Shown here: positions 29,124-38,688 of the stretch, piece after piece | Position numbering within the stretch: the stretch's first letter is position 1 | How the letters are laid out: each line of letters begins with the position of its first letter | Assembly (NCBI GenBank): GCA_036170915.1 | Contig: JAVHQC010000011.1 | Coordinates: forward strand, 96,001-160,000 | Reading direction: 5' to 3' | Length of the DNA: 64,000 bases | DNA from: Cyanobacteria bacterium auto_48_18 | GTDB lineage: Bacteria; Cyanobacteriota; Vampirovibrionia; Obscuribacterales; Obscuribacteraceae | Position numbers and translations under genes: made by a program | Notes under the pieces: model-generated | What the model saw: the letters and a program-made list of their open reading frames with translations, nothing else | Databases searched by the model: none | What the model was told of the DNA's origin: nothing

Positions 29124-30836
29124 TTATTTGGCTTTGACAAACTCTTTAAATTGTTCAACCGGCAGGGTATTTAGAACATCGGCTTTTGTAATGCCGGCAC
29201 GACGAGCTAAGTGTATGCCAAATTTTAAATTTTGCAACTCAGATATGGCATGGGCGTCAGTGGAAATGACAAATTTCAGCCCACGCTCTTTGGCCAGCTT
29301 CGACCAGCGAGGCTCTAAGTCGAGGCGATGAGGGTCTCCATTGATTTCAATAGCCAGTCGTGCGTGAGCTATTGCATCGAGCAATTTTTCTACATCTACA
29401 GGAACGGGATCGCGCCTCAACACCAGTCGCCCTAGTGGGTGGCCCCAGACTTTGAAATGCTTGTCTTTCAAACCTCGCAAAAGTCGCTTTGTCATTTGCT
29501 CTTCGTTTTGCTTATATCGAGAATGGATGCTGGCCACGATAATGTCAAATTTGTCTAAAATATGATCAGGATAATCAAGTTTCCCGTCGGCGAGGATATC
29601 GCATTCGGTGCCTTTGAGAATGCGAATTTTTACCAGATCTTGTACGCGATCAATTTCTTCCCACTGTTCCTTTAAGCGCTCTATGTCAAGCCCGCCGGCG
29701 TAGTGAGCGGTGGGCGAATGGTCGGTCAATGTGATGTATTTCATTCCCATTTTCTCAGCCGCCCGGGCCATTTGTTCAATAGAATGTCTGCCATCTGAAA
29801 AAGTACTGTGGCAGTGGGTCATGCCTTGAATGTGGCCAATTTCAATCAGGTCGGAGAATGCCCCGCTTTTAGCAAGGGCAATTTCGTCTTCACCTTCCCT
29901 TAGTTCGGGCGGAATCAGAGGCAATTTTAAAGCGCGGTAAAAATCAGCTTCTGATTTAACTTCAATTGTCTGGCTGTTTTTTTTGAAAATACCGGCACCC
30001 AGTGTCAAATTTTGTTTTTCGGCAATTTTTTGCAATTGTTGATAATGCTCTTTTGAACCGGTGTGTTCAATCAGGCCCAGCGCCAGATTGTCTGTTAAGT
30101 GCATCTCAGCGGTAACACCCAGCGACAGATTGACGCGCATATAGGCATCATCTTTTGCATCAACTTTAGTCACCTGAGGAAATTTTTTAAAGGCATCAAA
30201 AGCAGCTTTGTGACTTGAATTGGTACTTTCAACCACCAGACAAATAGTATCTGTGGTTTCGTGCCATCTTCGCGCTTCTCCTGCCATAACAATGCGTTCA
30301 GATTTCAGTGCTGCTTTCATAAAACTGACTAGTTCTTCGGCTGCCGCCAGCACATCGACTAAGAGTGTTTGCTTGTCAGCGGTTTTGCTAGCATCAATAG
30401 CTTTTAAAAGTGCTTTTTCTGTACGCAAACCAAAGCCTTTAATTTCGCGCACCCTGCCTTCATGGCAAGCCTGTTCGAGTTGGTCTAAGGTTTTGATACC
30501 AAGCTCGTTATGCAAAATTTCGATGCGTTTTAAAGTGAGACCTTCTACTCGCGAAAGTTCGAGCACACCTTGTGGCAATTGTTCGCGCAAAGCTGACAAC
30601 AGCTTGGTCTCGCCGGTATTGTAGAGTTCAATTATATAGGCTGCCAGTGAAGCGCCGATGCCGGGCAACTCTGTTAGCCTCTCTTCTTCAATTAAAAGCC
30701 TGATGTCTAGTTGCGCACTCTCTAAAGCTCGGGCACCAGATAAGTATGCACGCGCTTTGAATGCATTTTCACCTTTGAGACTCAGCAGCGTGCCGGTTTC
30801 TCTCAATGCATTGGCTATGGCAAATTTGTCGTGCAT
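29124..30836 (-). CDS. polX: PolX - PHP fusion with non-canonical polymerase site
   Basis: ENAFKARAY, HhH LPGIG, IPPELRE; PHP motifs HCHS.FSDG, TDHS, ECD, GHP, TDAH. ATG 30836 preferred as start. Confidence 0.9.
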   Translation of the reverse strand: MHDKFAIANALRETGTLLSLKGENAFKARAYLSGARALESAQLDIRLLIEEERLTELPGIGASLAAYIIELYNTGETKLLSALREQLPQGVLELSRVEGLTLKRIEILHNELGIKTLDQLEQACHEGRVREIKGFGLRTEKALLKAIDASKTADKQTLLVDVLAAAEELVSFMKAALKSERIVMAGEARRWHETTDTICLVVESTNSSHKAAFDAFKKFPQVTKVDAKDDAYMRVNLSLGVTAEMHLTDNLALGLIEHTGSKEHYQQLQKIAEKQNLTLGAGIFKKNSQTIEVKSEADFYRALKLPLIPPELREGEDEIALAKSGAFSDLIEIGHIQGMTHCHSTFSDGRHSIEQMARAAEKMGMKYITLTDHSPTAHYAGGLDIERLKEQWEEIDRVQDLVKIRILKGTECDILADGKLDYPDHILDKFDIIVASIHSRYKQNEEQMTKRLLRGLKDKHFKVWGHPLGRLVLRRDPVPVDVEKLLDAIAHARLAIEINGDPHRLDLEPRWSKLAKERGLKFVISTDAHAISELQNLKFGIHLARRAGITKADVLNTLPVEQFKEFVKAK

Positions 30837-30953
30837 AGTTTCCACTGAAAGCCTACATATAGATATATCGTCAAAATATAAAGGCAAGACCGGCGATTGG
30901 TCCGGAAGTTCCTCAATTTTGCCCAAGGGCTCCATTTAGGGCATAATTTAGTG

Positions 30954-31580
30954 ATGACCGTAACCCAAATCGCTATTGCTCAACATGTGGCCACATTGCA
31001 GGGCTGTGATCTATGCCCTTTGATGGTAGGGCCGGTGGTTACAGGCAGACCCGTGGTCAGCCAGGTCTATATGATCGGGCAGGCGCCAGGCCCTCATGAA
31101 GGGGCAGCGGCCAAGCCTTTTGCCTGGACCGCCGGAAAAACCCTCTTTCGCTGGTTTAGCACCATTGGTTTAAACGAAGAGCAGTTTCGCTCACTTGTAT
31201 ATATGGCGGCAGTCTGCCGCTGTTTTCCCGGCAAAGCTTTAAACGGCACTGATCGTGTGCCTAATGGGCAGGAAGTGGCTAATTGTTCGCGCTGGATGGC
31301 TGACGAAATGTCGATTTTGAAACCATCGTTGGTTATACCCGTAGGAAAGCTCGCTATTGAACAGTGTCTTGGTAAAGGTCAGCTTATCGACTATATTGGC
31401 CGCCAGTTTGAAAAAGAACTTTTCGGTGTCCATTGTGATGTGATACCACTACCTCATCCGTCTGGTGCCTCTACCTGGTTTAAGAAGGAACCAGGTATCA
31501 CTTTGCTCGCTCAAGGCCTCAGTCAAATTGCTGCCCATGTGGCCTGGCAAGAGCTTCTACGTGGAGCAGATAACTTGTGA
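30954..31580 (+). CDS. Uracil-DNA glycosylase superfamily protein
   Basis: C..C, GQAPG, CRCFPG, LPHPSG. Confidence 0.88.
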   Translation: MTVTQIAIAQHVATLQGCDLCPLMVGPVVTGRPVVSQVYMIGQAPGPHEGAAAKPFAWTAGKTLFRWFSTIGLNEEQFRSLVYMAAVCRCFPGKALNGTDRVPNGQEVANCSRWMADEMSILKPSLVIPVGKLAIEQCLGKGQLIDYIGRQFEKELFGVHCDVIPLPHPSGASTWFKKEPGITLLAQGLSQIAAHVAWQELLRGADNL

Positions 31581-32539
31581 AATTTTTTGCCACCACACTT
31601 GTCGTTCTTTCATTGATTTTTTCGCCTGCATTTGCCGCAGAGAAAATGGTCAAGCGCACCATTGTTTTTCCGCAAGCTTTTTCTCTGGGACGACTTTATC
31701 AGTTTAAAGATCCGCAACCGGGTCATGTTACTCCCGCCCGGGTCGTAGTAGAAGGACGTGGTCAGGTAATTGGACCAGCTCGAGGCAAGGTGACATTTTT
31801 AGCTACACCTGGCAGTCTAATTTACTTATCAGCCTCTTATGAGCTCATGACCAAGCCTGAGGTGCTGCGCCAGTTAGAGCCAAATGGAATCGATGGTTTG
31901 ACCTTCGGCAGCTCAGGCATTGTGGAAGAACTCGATAAAGTATATGCACCGATTTCGCATCTTACCGGCTTGCAAGTTATTGATTTGAATGCTTCCGAAG
32001 CTACTGATGAGCAGGTCAAGCTGTTTAAGCCTTTAGTCAATCTGGCTGTCGTATACCTCTCTATGTGTCGTCTCAGTGGCGATTGTTTTAAAGATTTGCC
32101 CATGCCAAAGATTCGCCGCCTGGAATTGAGCGGCAACAAGCTGAGTCCAAAAGCTTTTGTTTATATATCTCGTTATCGAACACTAGACACATTAGGCGTG
32201 GGCAATTGCCAGGTTACCGATGCCGCTCTCGTTGAGATAGCTAAGCTAAAGCAATTGGTGTCTCTGGCTGTACCACGGTCAAAAATTACGCCACGAGGTC
32301 TGGCCCTAATTGGCAAATTACCACGGCTGACAACATTGAATCTGGAAGGCACAAAGCTTTCTGCTCGTGACCTGCAATTAGCCTTAAAGGGTTTGCATCT
32401 ACAATCGCTGATATTGCCTTCAGCTAAGATTACGCCCCAAGAATTGAAAGCGTTGCAGGGAAGCTTTCCCGCCGCAAACTTGGTAGTTCCTCAACAAGTT
32501 GACCGCGAACATATAGAGCTCTTTGCCCCTCTGCACTAG
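31577..32539 (+). CDS. Secreted LRR protein homologous to the kinase ectodomains
   Basis: Signal peptide (PAFA), IVFPQAFSLGRL cap, about seven LRRs. Confidence 0.85.
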   Translation: MKFFATTLVVLSLIFSPAFAAEKMVKRTIVFPQAFSLGRLYQFKDPQPGHVTPARVVVEGRGQVIGPARGKVTFLATPGSLIYLSASYELMTKPEVLRQLEPNGIDGLTFGSSGIVEELDKVYAPISHLTGLQVIDLNASEATDEQVKLFKPLVNLAVVYLSMCRLSGDCFKDLPMPKIRRLELSGNKLSPKAFVYISRYRTLDTLGVGNCQVTDAALVEIAKLKQLVSLAVPRSKITPRGLALIGKLPRLTTLNLEGTKLSARDLQLALKGLHLQSLILPSAKITPQELKALQGSFPAANLVVPQQVDREHIELFAPLH

Positions 32540-32548
32540 TTTTTGGTT

Positions 32549-32581
32549 TGTCCATTTCATGTCTACTTGGGCCTGCATAAT
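32549..32581 (+). promoter_or_regulatory. 11-bp-period direct-repeat box TGTCYA-N5-TGTCYA plus -10
   Basis: TGTCCAtttcaTGTCTA, then 10 nt, then CATAAT; recurs at 36395 and 37147. Confidence 0.55.
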
Positions 32582-32638
32582 GCTTGCATCGGTTCCACAG
32601 ACCGGCTTACCAATCCCCAAGTTTAGAGGAAATCCACC

Positions 32639-33172
32639 ATGCCAAATCCAAATCCATTTAAGGGCCATGAATCTGGTGCCGAGAAAAGTGCTGAAAAAAT
32701 TCAGGCCCAGCCGGTTGATGCCAAAGTACTCTCAACTAACGATGACATGAAAAATTGGTCTGATGTTGTGAAAAGTGGCAGTGCGTCAAAGTCTGGTCAA
32801 CTGTGTTTGCCCGATTTCAAAATTGAAAAAGACAGCAAAGAAGATTCTAAAAGTAAAGACGGCAAAAACAAAGACCCTAAAGAGAAAGATTCGAAAGACC
32901 AAGACGCCAAAGATAAAGACAACGACAACGACAACAAAAAAGATAAAGATAAAGTCAACGACAAAGATAAAGACGGCAAGAGATTGATCGAAATAGGTAA
33001 AAATGGCGCAAGCGTAGGTGCCGGAGTTGTGCTCGAAAAGCTAGACACAGAGCCTAAAGTAGGCCGTGATGGCGGAGCAAAGCGCGGACAAAGTGGCTCC
33101 AGTGACCCAAAAGTAGATTTAAGTGTTCAGTTGGACAAACGCATTATCGGCGTGCCCACGCTTAGATACTAA
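32639..33172 (+). CDS. Lys/Asp-rich low-complexity hypothetical protein
   Basis: GAGGA RBS; long KD tract; LPDFKI motif at residues 57-62. Confidence 0.75.
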   Translation: MPNPNPFKGHESGAEKSAEKIQAQPVDAKVLSTNDDMKNWSDVVKSGSASKSGQLCLPDFKIEKDSKEDSKSKDGKNKDPKEKDSKDQDAKDKDNDNDNKKDKDKVNDKDKDGKRLIEIGKNGASVGAGVVLEKLDTEPKVGRDGGAKRGQSGSSDPKVDLSVQLDKRIIGVPTLRY

Positions 33173-33223
33173 AATCGAATGCGATAAACAATTTTCTTGA
33201 CCCCACAGGCGGAGCTCACAACC

Positions 33224-33676
33224 ATGCCAACATTCAATGATTTTCAATCGAGAGATACTGCAGTTGGTCGAAACCAAGACCAGCCGCAACGAGACGGAGG
33301 AGCACAAACGCAGTTTACCAACATGTCTTATGCCGAGCAGCAAGATAGTTGGCAGAAAATGCAGAAAAAAACTACAGCAGATTCATTACCAAATGTAGAT
33401 GTAGTTTTCGAACCAAGCGAAAAGTTGAGAGATCCACATGCATTGCATCGTGATAGACGCGACACAATGCCCAACCAGCGCGAGCAACATGATCGCGATA
33501 GACGCGATACAGCTCCCAACCAGCGCGAGCAATTTGAGCGCAAATTGCCGCCAATCAATCCAAACAAGCTTGATAAACCTGACCAGCAGGAAAAAGATGA
33601 TGACTGTAAAACCCAAACCAGCCCTCGTCGCAGAGACGGGCACAGGCATGCGCCGGTAAGGTTCGTTGGTGAATAA
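33224..33676 (+). CDS. Hydrophilic hypothetical protein with duplicated RDRRDT.PNQREQ
   Basis: GGAG RBS before ATG 33224; 15-aa tandem duplication; LPNVDV motif. Confidence 0.7.
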   Translation: MPTFNDFQSRDTAVGRNQDQPQRDGGAQTQFTNMSYAEQQDSWQKMQKKTTADSLPNVDVVFEPSEKLRDPHALHRDRRDTMPNQREQHDRDRRDTAPNQREQFERKLPPINPNKLDKPDQQEKDDDCKTQTSPRRRDGHRHAPVRFVGE

Positions 33677-33728
33677 GAGGCAGATTTCGCACTGGTTAAA
33701 AGTTAGCGCTAAGTATCGGTTTACGTAA

Positions 33729-35510
33729 TCAATCTGCCGTGGGCAAAGTGAGCCAGACAACTGCACCCCAGCCTGGCTCATTGCCGATTCCGATTTGGCC
33801 TTTGTGAGCAATGACGATAGCCTTACAAATAGCCAGGCCTAGACCAGTACCAATTTTCTCAGTACTGACGCTGACGTTGCCCTGCTTGAATTTCTCGAAA
33901 ATTATTTCTTGTTTTTCCGGTGGAATACCAGGGCCTTGATCCATAACCTTAATTAGCACCATATCTCTTTGCTTTTCTGCCACAACTTTGACAGTGCCTT
34001 TATCGGGCGAATATTTGATAGCATTATCCAGTAGGTTTTGAAAAACATCTGTGAGCCTCTGACCGTCACAATTTAAAACAAGATCGCAATTTTCCATCTT
34101 GAACGATAATGCTTTTTCTTCAGCCTTACTTTGCAAAAGTGCGCTGGCGTTACGCAGTAGAGTCGGCAGTGGCACTTCAGCAATATTGAGTTCAACTACT
34201 CCTGATTCCATTTTGTCAATCTCTAAAAATGAGCTGATTAGCTTGACCAATCGTTCGATGGTGGCTTTACTCTGTGCAGCACGGTGCGCACCCCTTTCAT
34301 TTAAAACGCCGTAACTGTTTTTAGAAAACAAATCTAAAGTTAGTTGCAGTGACGCCAGCGGGGCTCTGAGATCATGAGTGGCCATGGCCGTAAGCTCGCG
34401 TTTTAGACGGTTGGTTTTGTTCATCTCTGTAACGTCATGCGCTACGCAAAAGTATGACTTTTCTTCCTTATCAAAGACCGCTGACCACATGATTTCGCGC
34501 AACTCACCATTTGATGTTCTTATCGTCAACTGAAATGGTTTGCTACCTCCATCTTTTTCAGCGATGTCCTTGAATATGGTGCGAACATGCTGCGCGCTTT
34601 CCACGCAGATGGATGCCAGCGGTTTATCTAAAAGGTCTTCTGGTGCGTATCCTAAAAGTCGCGTCACTGCTTTATTGACTGAGCTGAAACCGAAATATGT
34701 ATCGATTGAACAAATAATTTCTGACGCGTTATCGGTGACTGCTTTCTCACGCCTGCGCAAATCAGCCAGGCGGCCAGCCATTTCATGAAAAATGCCGTCT
34801 AATTGAGCAATTTCATCGGTGCCTGCTAAAGGCGGTGCGATGGGTTTGTCGGCAGCCAGGTCCAGGGCATTTTTGCTAATCAACTTAAGACGATTGGCAA
34901 TGCCTCGATTAAAGATCACAACCATCAAGATAGAAATCAGAATACTAACAACCACGGCGCCGGTGGACAACCGTTGTAGAACCAATCTGATTCTCTGTTG
35001 TTCCGCTCTTTGCTCCTGGGCTTTCTGGTCTTGAATGGCAATTACTCGATCACCTTCTTCATTGCATTTGACCACTTTCGATTGCAGTCTCGCCAGACCC
35101 TGAATGAAGCTTATCTGGTCGCCCTTGCGAGCACCTTCTTCCGCGCTTTCAATGCCGGCAATGACTGACTCCACTCTTTCGTTAAAGGGCTTCAAGGAGG
35201 CGTCATCAAGGTAGCCACGCGACATCCAGACTCGTCTGTCTTGTTTTAGCTTGGCCATGGTTTTGTGCAAATTTTCTATCTGGCTCATGTCTCGATTGGC
35301 CACTGCCAGACCAAGTGCCGTAGCGGCATCAGGAAACATTTTGGTTTGCAGGTTAACGAATTGCAAAACCCCTCTTGTTTGATCTTCCAACTGATAAGCC
35401 TTGTCAAGTTCGGCCATGCTCATGTTGGAGGCGATTAAAAAGAGAACCTCAAAAATTAAAGGAACAAGAACAAGGAGGAAGGCTTTGTGAGATAGATTGA
35501 GGCTGCGCAA
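33729..35510 (-). CDS. Sensor histidine kinase (2 TM, HAMP, PAS, HisKA, HATPase)
   Basis: THDLRAPL H-box, NLLDNAIKYS, DQGPGI, GTGLGL. Confidence 0.95.
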   Translation of the reverse strand: MRSLNLSHKAFLLVLVPLIFEVLFLIASNMSMAELDKAYQLEDQTRGVLQFVNLQTKMFPDAATALGLAVANRDMSQIENLHKTMAKLKQDRRVWMSRGYLDDASLKPFNERVESVIAGIESAEEGARKGDQISFIQGLARLQSKVVKCNEEGDRVIAIQDQKAQEQRAEQQRIRLVLQRLSTGAVVVSILISILMVVIFNRGIANRLKLISKNALDLAADKPIAPPLAGTDEIAQLDGIFHEMAGRLADLRRREKAVTDNASEIICSIDTYFGFSSVNKAVTRLLGYAPEDLLDKPLASICVESAQHVRTIFKDIAEKDGGSKPFQLTIRTSNGELREIMWSAVFDKEEKSYFCVAHDVTEMNKTNRLKRELTAMATHDLRAPLASLQLTLDLFSKNSYGVLNERGAHRAAQSKATIERLVKLISSFLEIDKMESGVVELNIAEVPLPTLLRNASALLQSKAEEKALSFKMENCDLVLNCDGQRLTDVFQNLLDNAIKYSPDKGTVKVVAEKQRDMVLIKVMDQGPGIPPEKQEIIFEKFKQGNVSVSTEKIGTGLGLAICKAIVIAHKGQIGIGNEPGWGAVVWLTLPTAD

Positions 35511-35561
35511 TTCTTTTATTCAGGCTGCAAAAGTGATTGGCAAATTATACAGCCAGTTTAG

Positions 35562-35629
35562 TTTGTGATTAGGGTGGCTTTTTTTGATACGAGTACGCTT
35601 TTTGTGATAGGACTTCGCTTTTTGTGATA
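35562..35629. repeat. About 20-bp-period direct repeats in the divergent HK/RR promoter
   Basis: GCTTTTT(T/G)TGATA at 35577, 35597 and 35617, plus partial TTTGTGAT at 35562. Confidence 0.7.
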
Positions 35630-35664
35630 AATTGAATCGCCGTCCCAGTGTAGTAAATTGACTA

Positions 35665-36369
35665 ATGGCCAAAATTCTTTTAATTGAAGATGAAGCCGAC
35701 ACAGCCGAAGCTATCACTGATTGTCTTCAATTTGCAAATTATACGGTGGAATGGGTTGACACGGCCCCTGAAGGCTTGCAGAGACTCTTCATCTACGACT
35801 ATGATCTGGTGGTGCTTGACTGGAACATCAAAGCCGAAAGCGGCCTTGAGCTTTGCGCCGATTATCGCAGGCGCGGCGGCATTGTGCCTATTCTTTTTGT
35901 CACTGCCCGTGACGCTGTGCAAGATCGCGTGGCCGGCCTTGACACCGGTGCCGATGACTATTTAACCAAGCCTTTTTCGTTAGATGAACTATTGGCCAGG
36001 GTAGGTGCCATTTTAAGGCGACCGCGGATAGCAAAAATATTTGATATTTTGCAAGTGGGCAATCTTACCTTAGATCGCAAATGTGGCCTGGCTAAAGTCG
36101 GCGACAAAGAGATTGTTTTACACGCCAAAGAACTGGCCTTACTCGACTTTTTCATGCGCAATGAAAATCAGTTTTTCACAGCAGAAGAACTTCTGAATCG
36201 ACTCTGGAGTTCAGAATCAGATTCTACAGAGCAGGCAGTACGCAAATGCGTAGGTCGTCTGCGACAGAAGTTAGATAGCGAACTTGAGCCGGGCTATATC
36301 GTCAATGTCAAAAATCTGGGCTATAAAGTCTCTAAGCCAGATTCCAATTATGTGCCATCCAGCGATTAG
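35665..36369 (+). CDS. OmpR/PhoB-family response regulator
   Basis: ILLIED, VVLDW, GADDYLTKPF, winged helix (RLRQKL..GYK). Confidence 0.95.
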   Translation: MAKILLIEDEADTAEAITDCLQFANYTVEWVDTAPEGLQRLFIYDYDLVVLDWNIKAESGLELCADYRRRGGIVPILFVTARDAVQDRVAGLDTGADDYLTKPFSLDELLARVGAILRRPRIAKIFDILQVGNLTLDRKCGLAKVGDKEIVLHAKELALLDFFMRNENQFFTAEELLNRLWSSESDSTEQAVRKCVGRLRQKLDSELEPGYIVNVKNLGYKVSKPDSNYVPSSD

Positions 36370-36394
36370 GCTTTTCTTTACCAACCAATTTTGA

Positions 36395-36428
36395 TGTCCA
36401 GTTAGTGTCTACCTGGCTAAGTTATGGT
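36395..36428 (+). promoter_or_regulatory. Direct-repeat box TGTCYA-N5-TGTCYA plus -10
   Basis: TGTCCAgttagTGTCTA, then 11 nt, then TATGGT. Confidence 0.55.
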
Positions 36429-36469
36429 GCTCTTGTTGGAGGCCGTACACTTCAAAAAGTGAGCATGAT

Positions 36470-37138
36470 ATGGAAGAGAAAATCTATGAATCGTTGGACA
36501 AACAGCAATTAATCGCTGCTCCTACAGACTTTAGCGAACTGATATCTTCACCGACTTTTTTCAAAGACTTCAATACCCTTACTAGCTCGAATGCCAATAA
36601 TACCGGCTTACCTGATGTCACCATTATTGGTACTAAAGGTGCCGACGGTATCATGCGCGATGCCCAAGGGAATCCGTCATTTATGTCAGATCTTGATATT
36701 ACTGCGCGAATTGACCTTGAATCGACATTAAGCAGCAAGAATTTTGCTGATGCCACCAGTGCTTTTGATGCTTTTCACGATGATGCTCGAGTGATGAAAC
36801 CTTTGTTTGCTGAAGACGAGCTTACTCCCATGGACCTCTATTCGTCTTCAAACTATCTGCTACCTGCCCAGATTAGCCATGGTGTGAGCTTTATCAAGGA
36901 AAATTTTGATCGCCTCGATTTGATGGATGGTGCTGCCGACCACACAATTACTAGAAGTGGCCTTGCCAGTGCTGCTAGCCTTGAACAACAGCGAATTTCG
37001 GAAAAATTCAGCCAACTGCTTGAGATAAATCAAAAAAGACGCCGGGGTACTGGATCTACTTTTGAACCAGAGGCGGTGACTACTTTTGAGTTTGACCACA
37101 TTGATGAAATCATCAAGGCTGACAAAAGCATTCAGTAG
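36470..37138 (+). CDS. Acidic hypothetical protein
   Basis: 222-aa ORF; LPDVTI motif at residues 47-52; EF-hand-like DGAADHTITRSGL. Confidence 0.7.
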   Translation: MEEKIYESLDKQQLIAAPTDFSELISSPTFFKDFNTLTSSNANNTGLPDVTIIGTKGADGIMRDAQGNPSFMSDLDITARIDLESTLSSKNFADATSAFDAFHDDARVMKPLFAEDELTPMDLYSSSNYLLPAQISHGVSFIKENFDRLDLMDGAADHTITRSGLASAASLEQQRISEKFSQLLEINQKRRRGTGSTFEPEAVTTFEFDHIDEIIKADKSIQ

Positions 37139-37146
37139 TTCTTCCC

Positions 37147-37180
37147 TGTCTATTTAATGTCCACATGCCGGTGCTATTGT
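37147..37180 (+). promoter_or_regulatory. Direct-repeat box TGTCYA-N5-TGTCYA plus -10
   Basis: TGTCTAtttaaTGTCCA, then 11 nt, then TATTGT. Confidence 0.55.
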
Positions 37181-37214
37181 CTTGACATCGACCCGCTGAT
37201 TAAGGAGTTTATTC

Positions 37215-38327
37215 ATGGCCACTTCATTTGAACCGACCGGTGATAGTATCGCCGCTAAGTTACAAGATACGACACAGACATATTCGCTATCAGAAGTCAC
37301 TCAAGATTTGATGGATGCACACGCCCACCGTCCAGGGCTGATTGGCGATGATATGAAGAAAGCAACCGAATCATTGCATGAAGCCGGCGTTTTGAAAGAT
37401 TTCGAAATTGTTGGAATAAACGGCAAAGACTTAATAGCTCGCGATACTAACTTTAATACGTCTGTTTTAGTAAATACTGAAGACCCAACAACCATGCGTG
37501 CTCTCTCAAGTGAGTTGACTGAAACACCAATTGGTCAGCATGGAAGGATGGCCAGCCTGGCCCAAGACGGCTCGGGCAATTACACCGTATCTGGTGGCGA
37601 CTCTGCCTGGAAGGTGGCTCGAGATTTACTATCAACCCGTGGCATGGAGTCACCCACAGACAATCAAATCGCCAATTACATCATAGAGCTTGAACATCAT
37701 AATGAGCGCAGTCTCGCACAGCTGCAAGTTGGGGATGTCATCAATGTGCCGCCTATGATCAAAGACGGCGAACAAACAGATTTCGCCCCGGCCCCTACTC
37801 CTGAACCTGTTACTCCAGAGGTCGTTACACCTGAAACTGAGACAACGGATACTGAGACAACAGACACTGTCAGCCCAGACACAGCTACTGAAGTAAGCCC
37901 CGAAGTTGTTACTCCTGAAGTTACTCCTGAAGTGACTACTGAGGTTGTTCCTGACACTGTGGTAGATGCCACTTTCGATAGTCTCGAGAATATGCCGCTT
38001 ACTCAGGGTATGGCCGACGCACAAAAAGCCATTGTCGAATTGACTGAAGACGACTTGGCCGTAGGTTATGAACTGGCCAGGCAAGGCTTCCAGGTACTGG
38101 GTGTCGGCACAAATTGGACAGATAAGACTTCCATATCTAATGCCATGGCTGTGGAAGGCCGCAGCGAGTCGGAAATTAAAGCCCTGGCCACTCTTCTAGA
38201 AAAATATGATGAGATTCGTACTTCTGATGACGGTTATCTCTATCCAGGCGACATCGCTGACTGGCGGCAAGTGCAACTTAAGAAAATAGATGATGCTCTT
38301 GCTGCGGCATCGCCGCCAGTGCAATAA
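37215..38327 (+). CDS. LysM-like domain protein with T/P/E/V-rich linker
   Basis: AAGGAG RBS; YTVSGGDSAWKVA..LQVGDVINVP; (V)TPEV repeats; no signal peptide. Confidence 0.75.
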   Translation: MATSFEPTGDSIAAKLQDTTQTYSLSEVTQDLMDAHAHRPGLIGDDMKKATESLHEAGVLKDFEIVGINGKDLIARDTNFNTSVLVNTEDPTTMRALSSELTETPIGQHGRMASLAQDGSGNYTVSGGDSAWKVARDLLSTRGMESPTDNQIANYIIELEHHNERSLAQLQVGDVINVPPMIKDGEQTDFAPAPTPEPVTPEVVTPETETTDTETTDTVSPDTATEVSPEVVTPEVTPEVTTEVVPDTVVDATFDSLENMPLTQGMADAQKAIVELTEDDLAVGYELARQGFQVLGVGTNWTDKTSISNAMAVEGRSESEIKALATLLEKYDEIRTSDDGYLYPGDIADWRQVQLKKIDDALAAASPPVQ

Positions 38328-38422
38328 AAAGTTTGTCAGTGGGGACAAGCAAAGTGTCTGATTGCCTTATAGGCATTCAGACTTTTTGCTTAGTGGCAAT
38401 AAGTACTTCGCCTCATTCACTT

Positions 38423-38671
38423 CTAAAAGACTTTTTTGAAAAATTTCTTGGTTTCTTTCAGACCTTTTTTGGTGCCACCAACTGTGACATTGACCCCTTT
38501 CTTTACCCCACCAACAGTGACATTAGCACCTTTCTTAACACCGCCTGTGGTTACTCTAACGCCCTTCTTCACTCCACCTGTGGCGTAGCCTTCGGCTTGG
38601 GCCGGCAAGCTAAGAGTTGGCAGTACTGCTAATACTATTAATGCTGCAATTAAAATCACCAATTTATTCAT
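38423..38671 (-). CDS. Small secreted basic protein with 11-aa GGVKKG repeats
   Basis: AAGGA RBS; signal peptide ending AQA; four GG(V/T)KKG units. Confidence 0.75.
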   Translation of the reverse strand: MNKLVILIAALIVLAVLPTLSLPAQAEGYATGGVKKGVRVTTGGVKKGANVTVGGVKKGVNVTVGGTKKGLKETKKFFKKVF

Positions 38672-38688
38672 TGATTGTCTTCCTTAAC

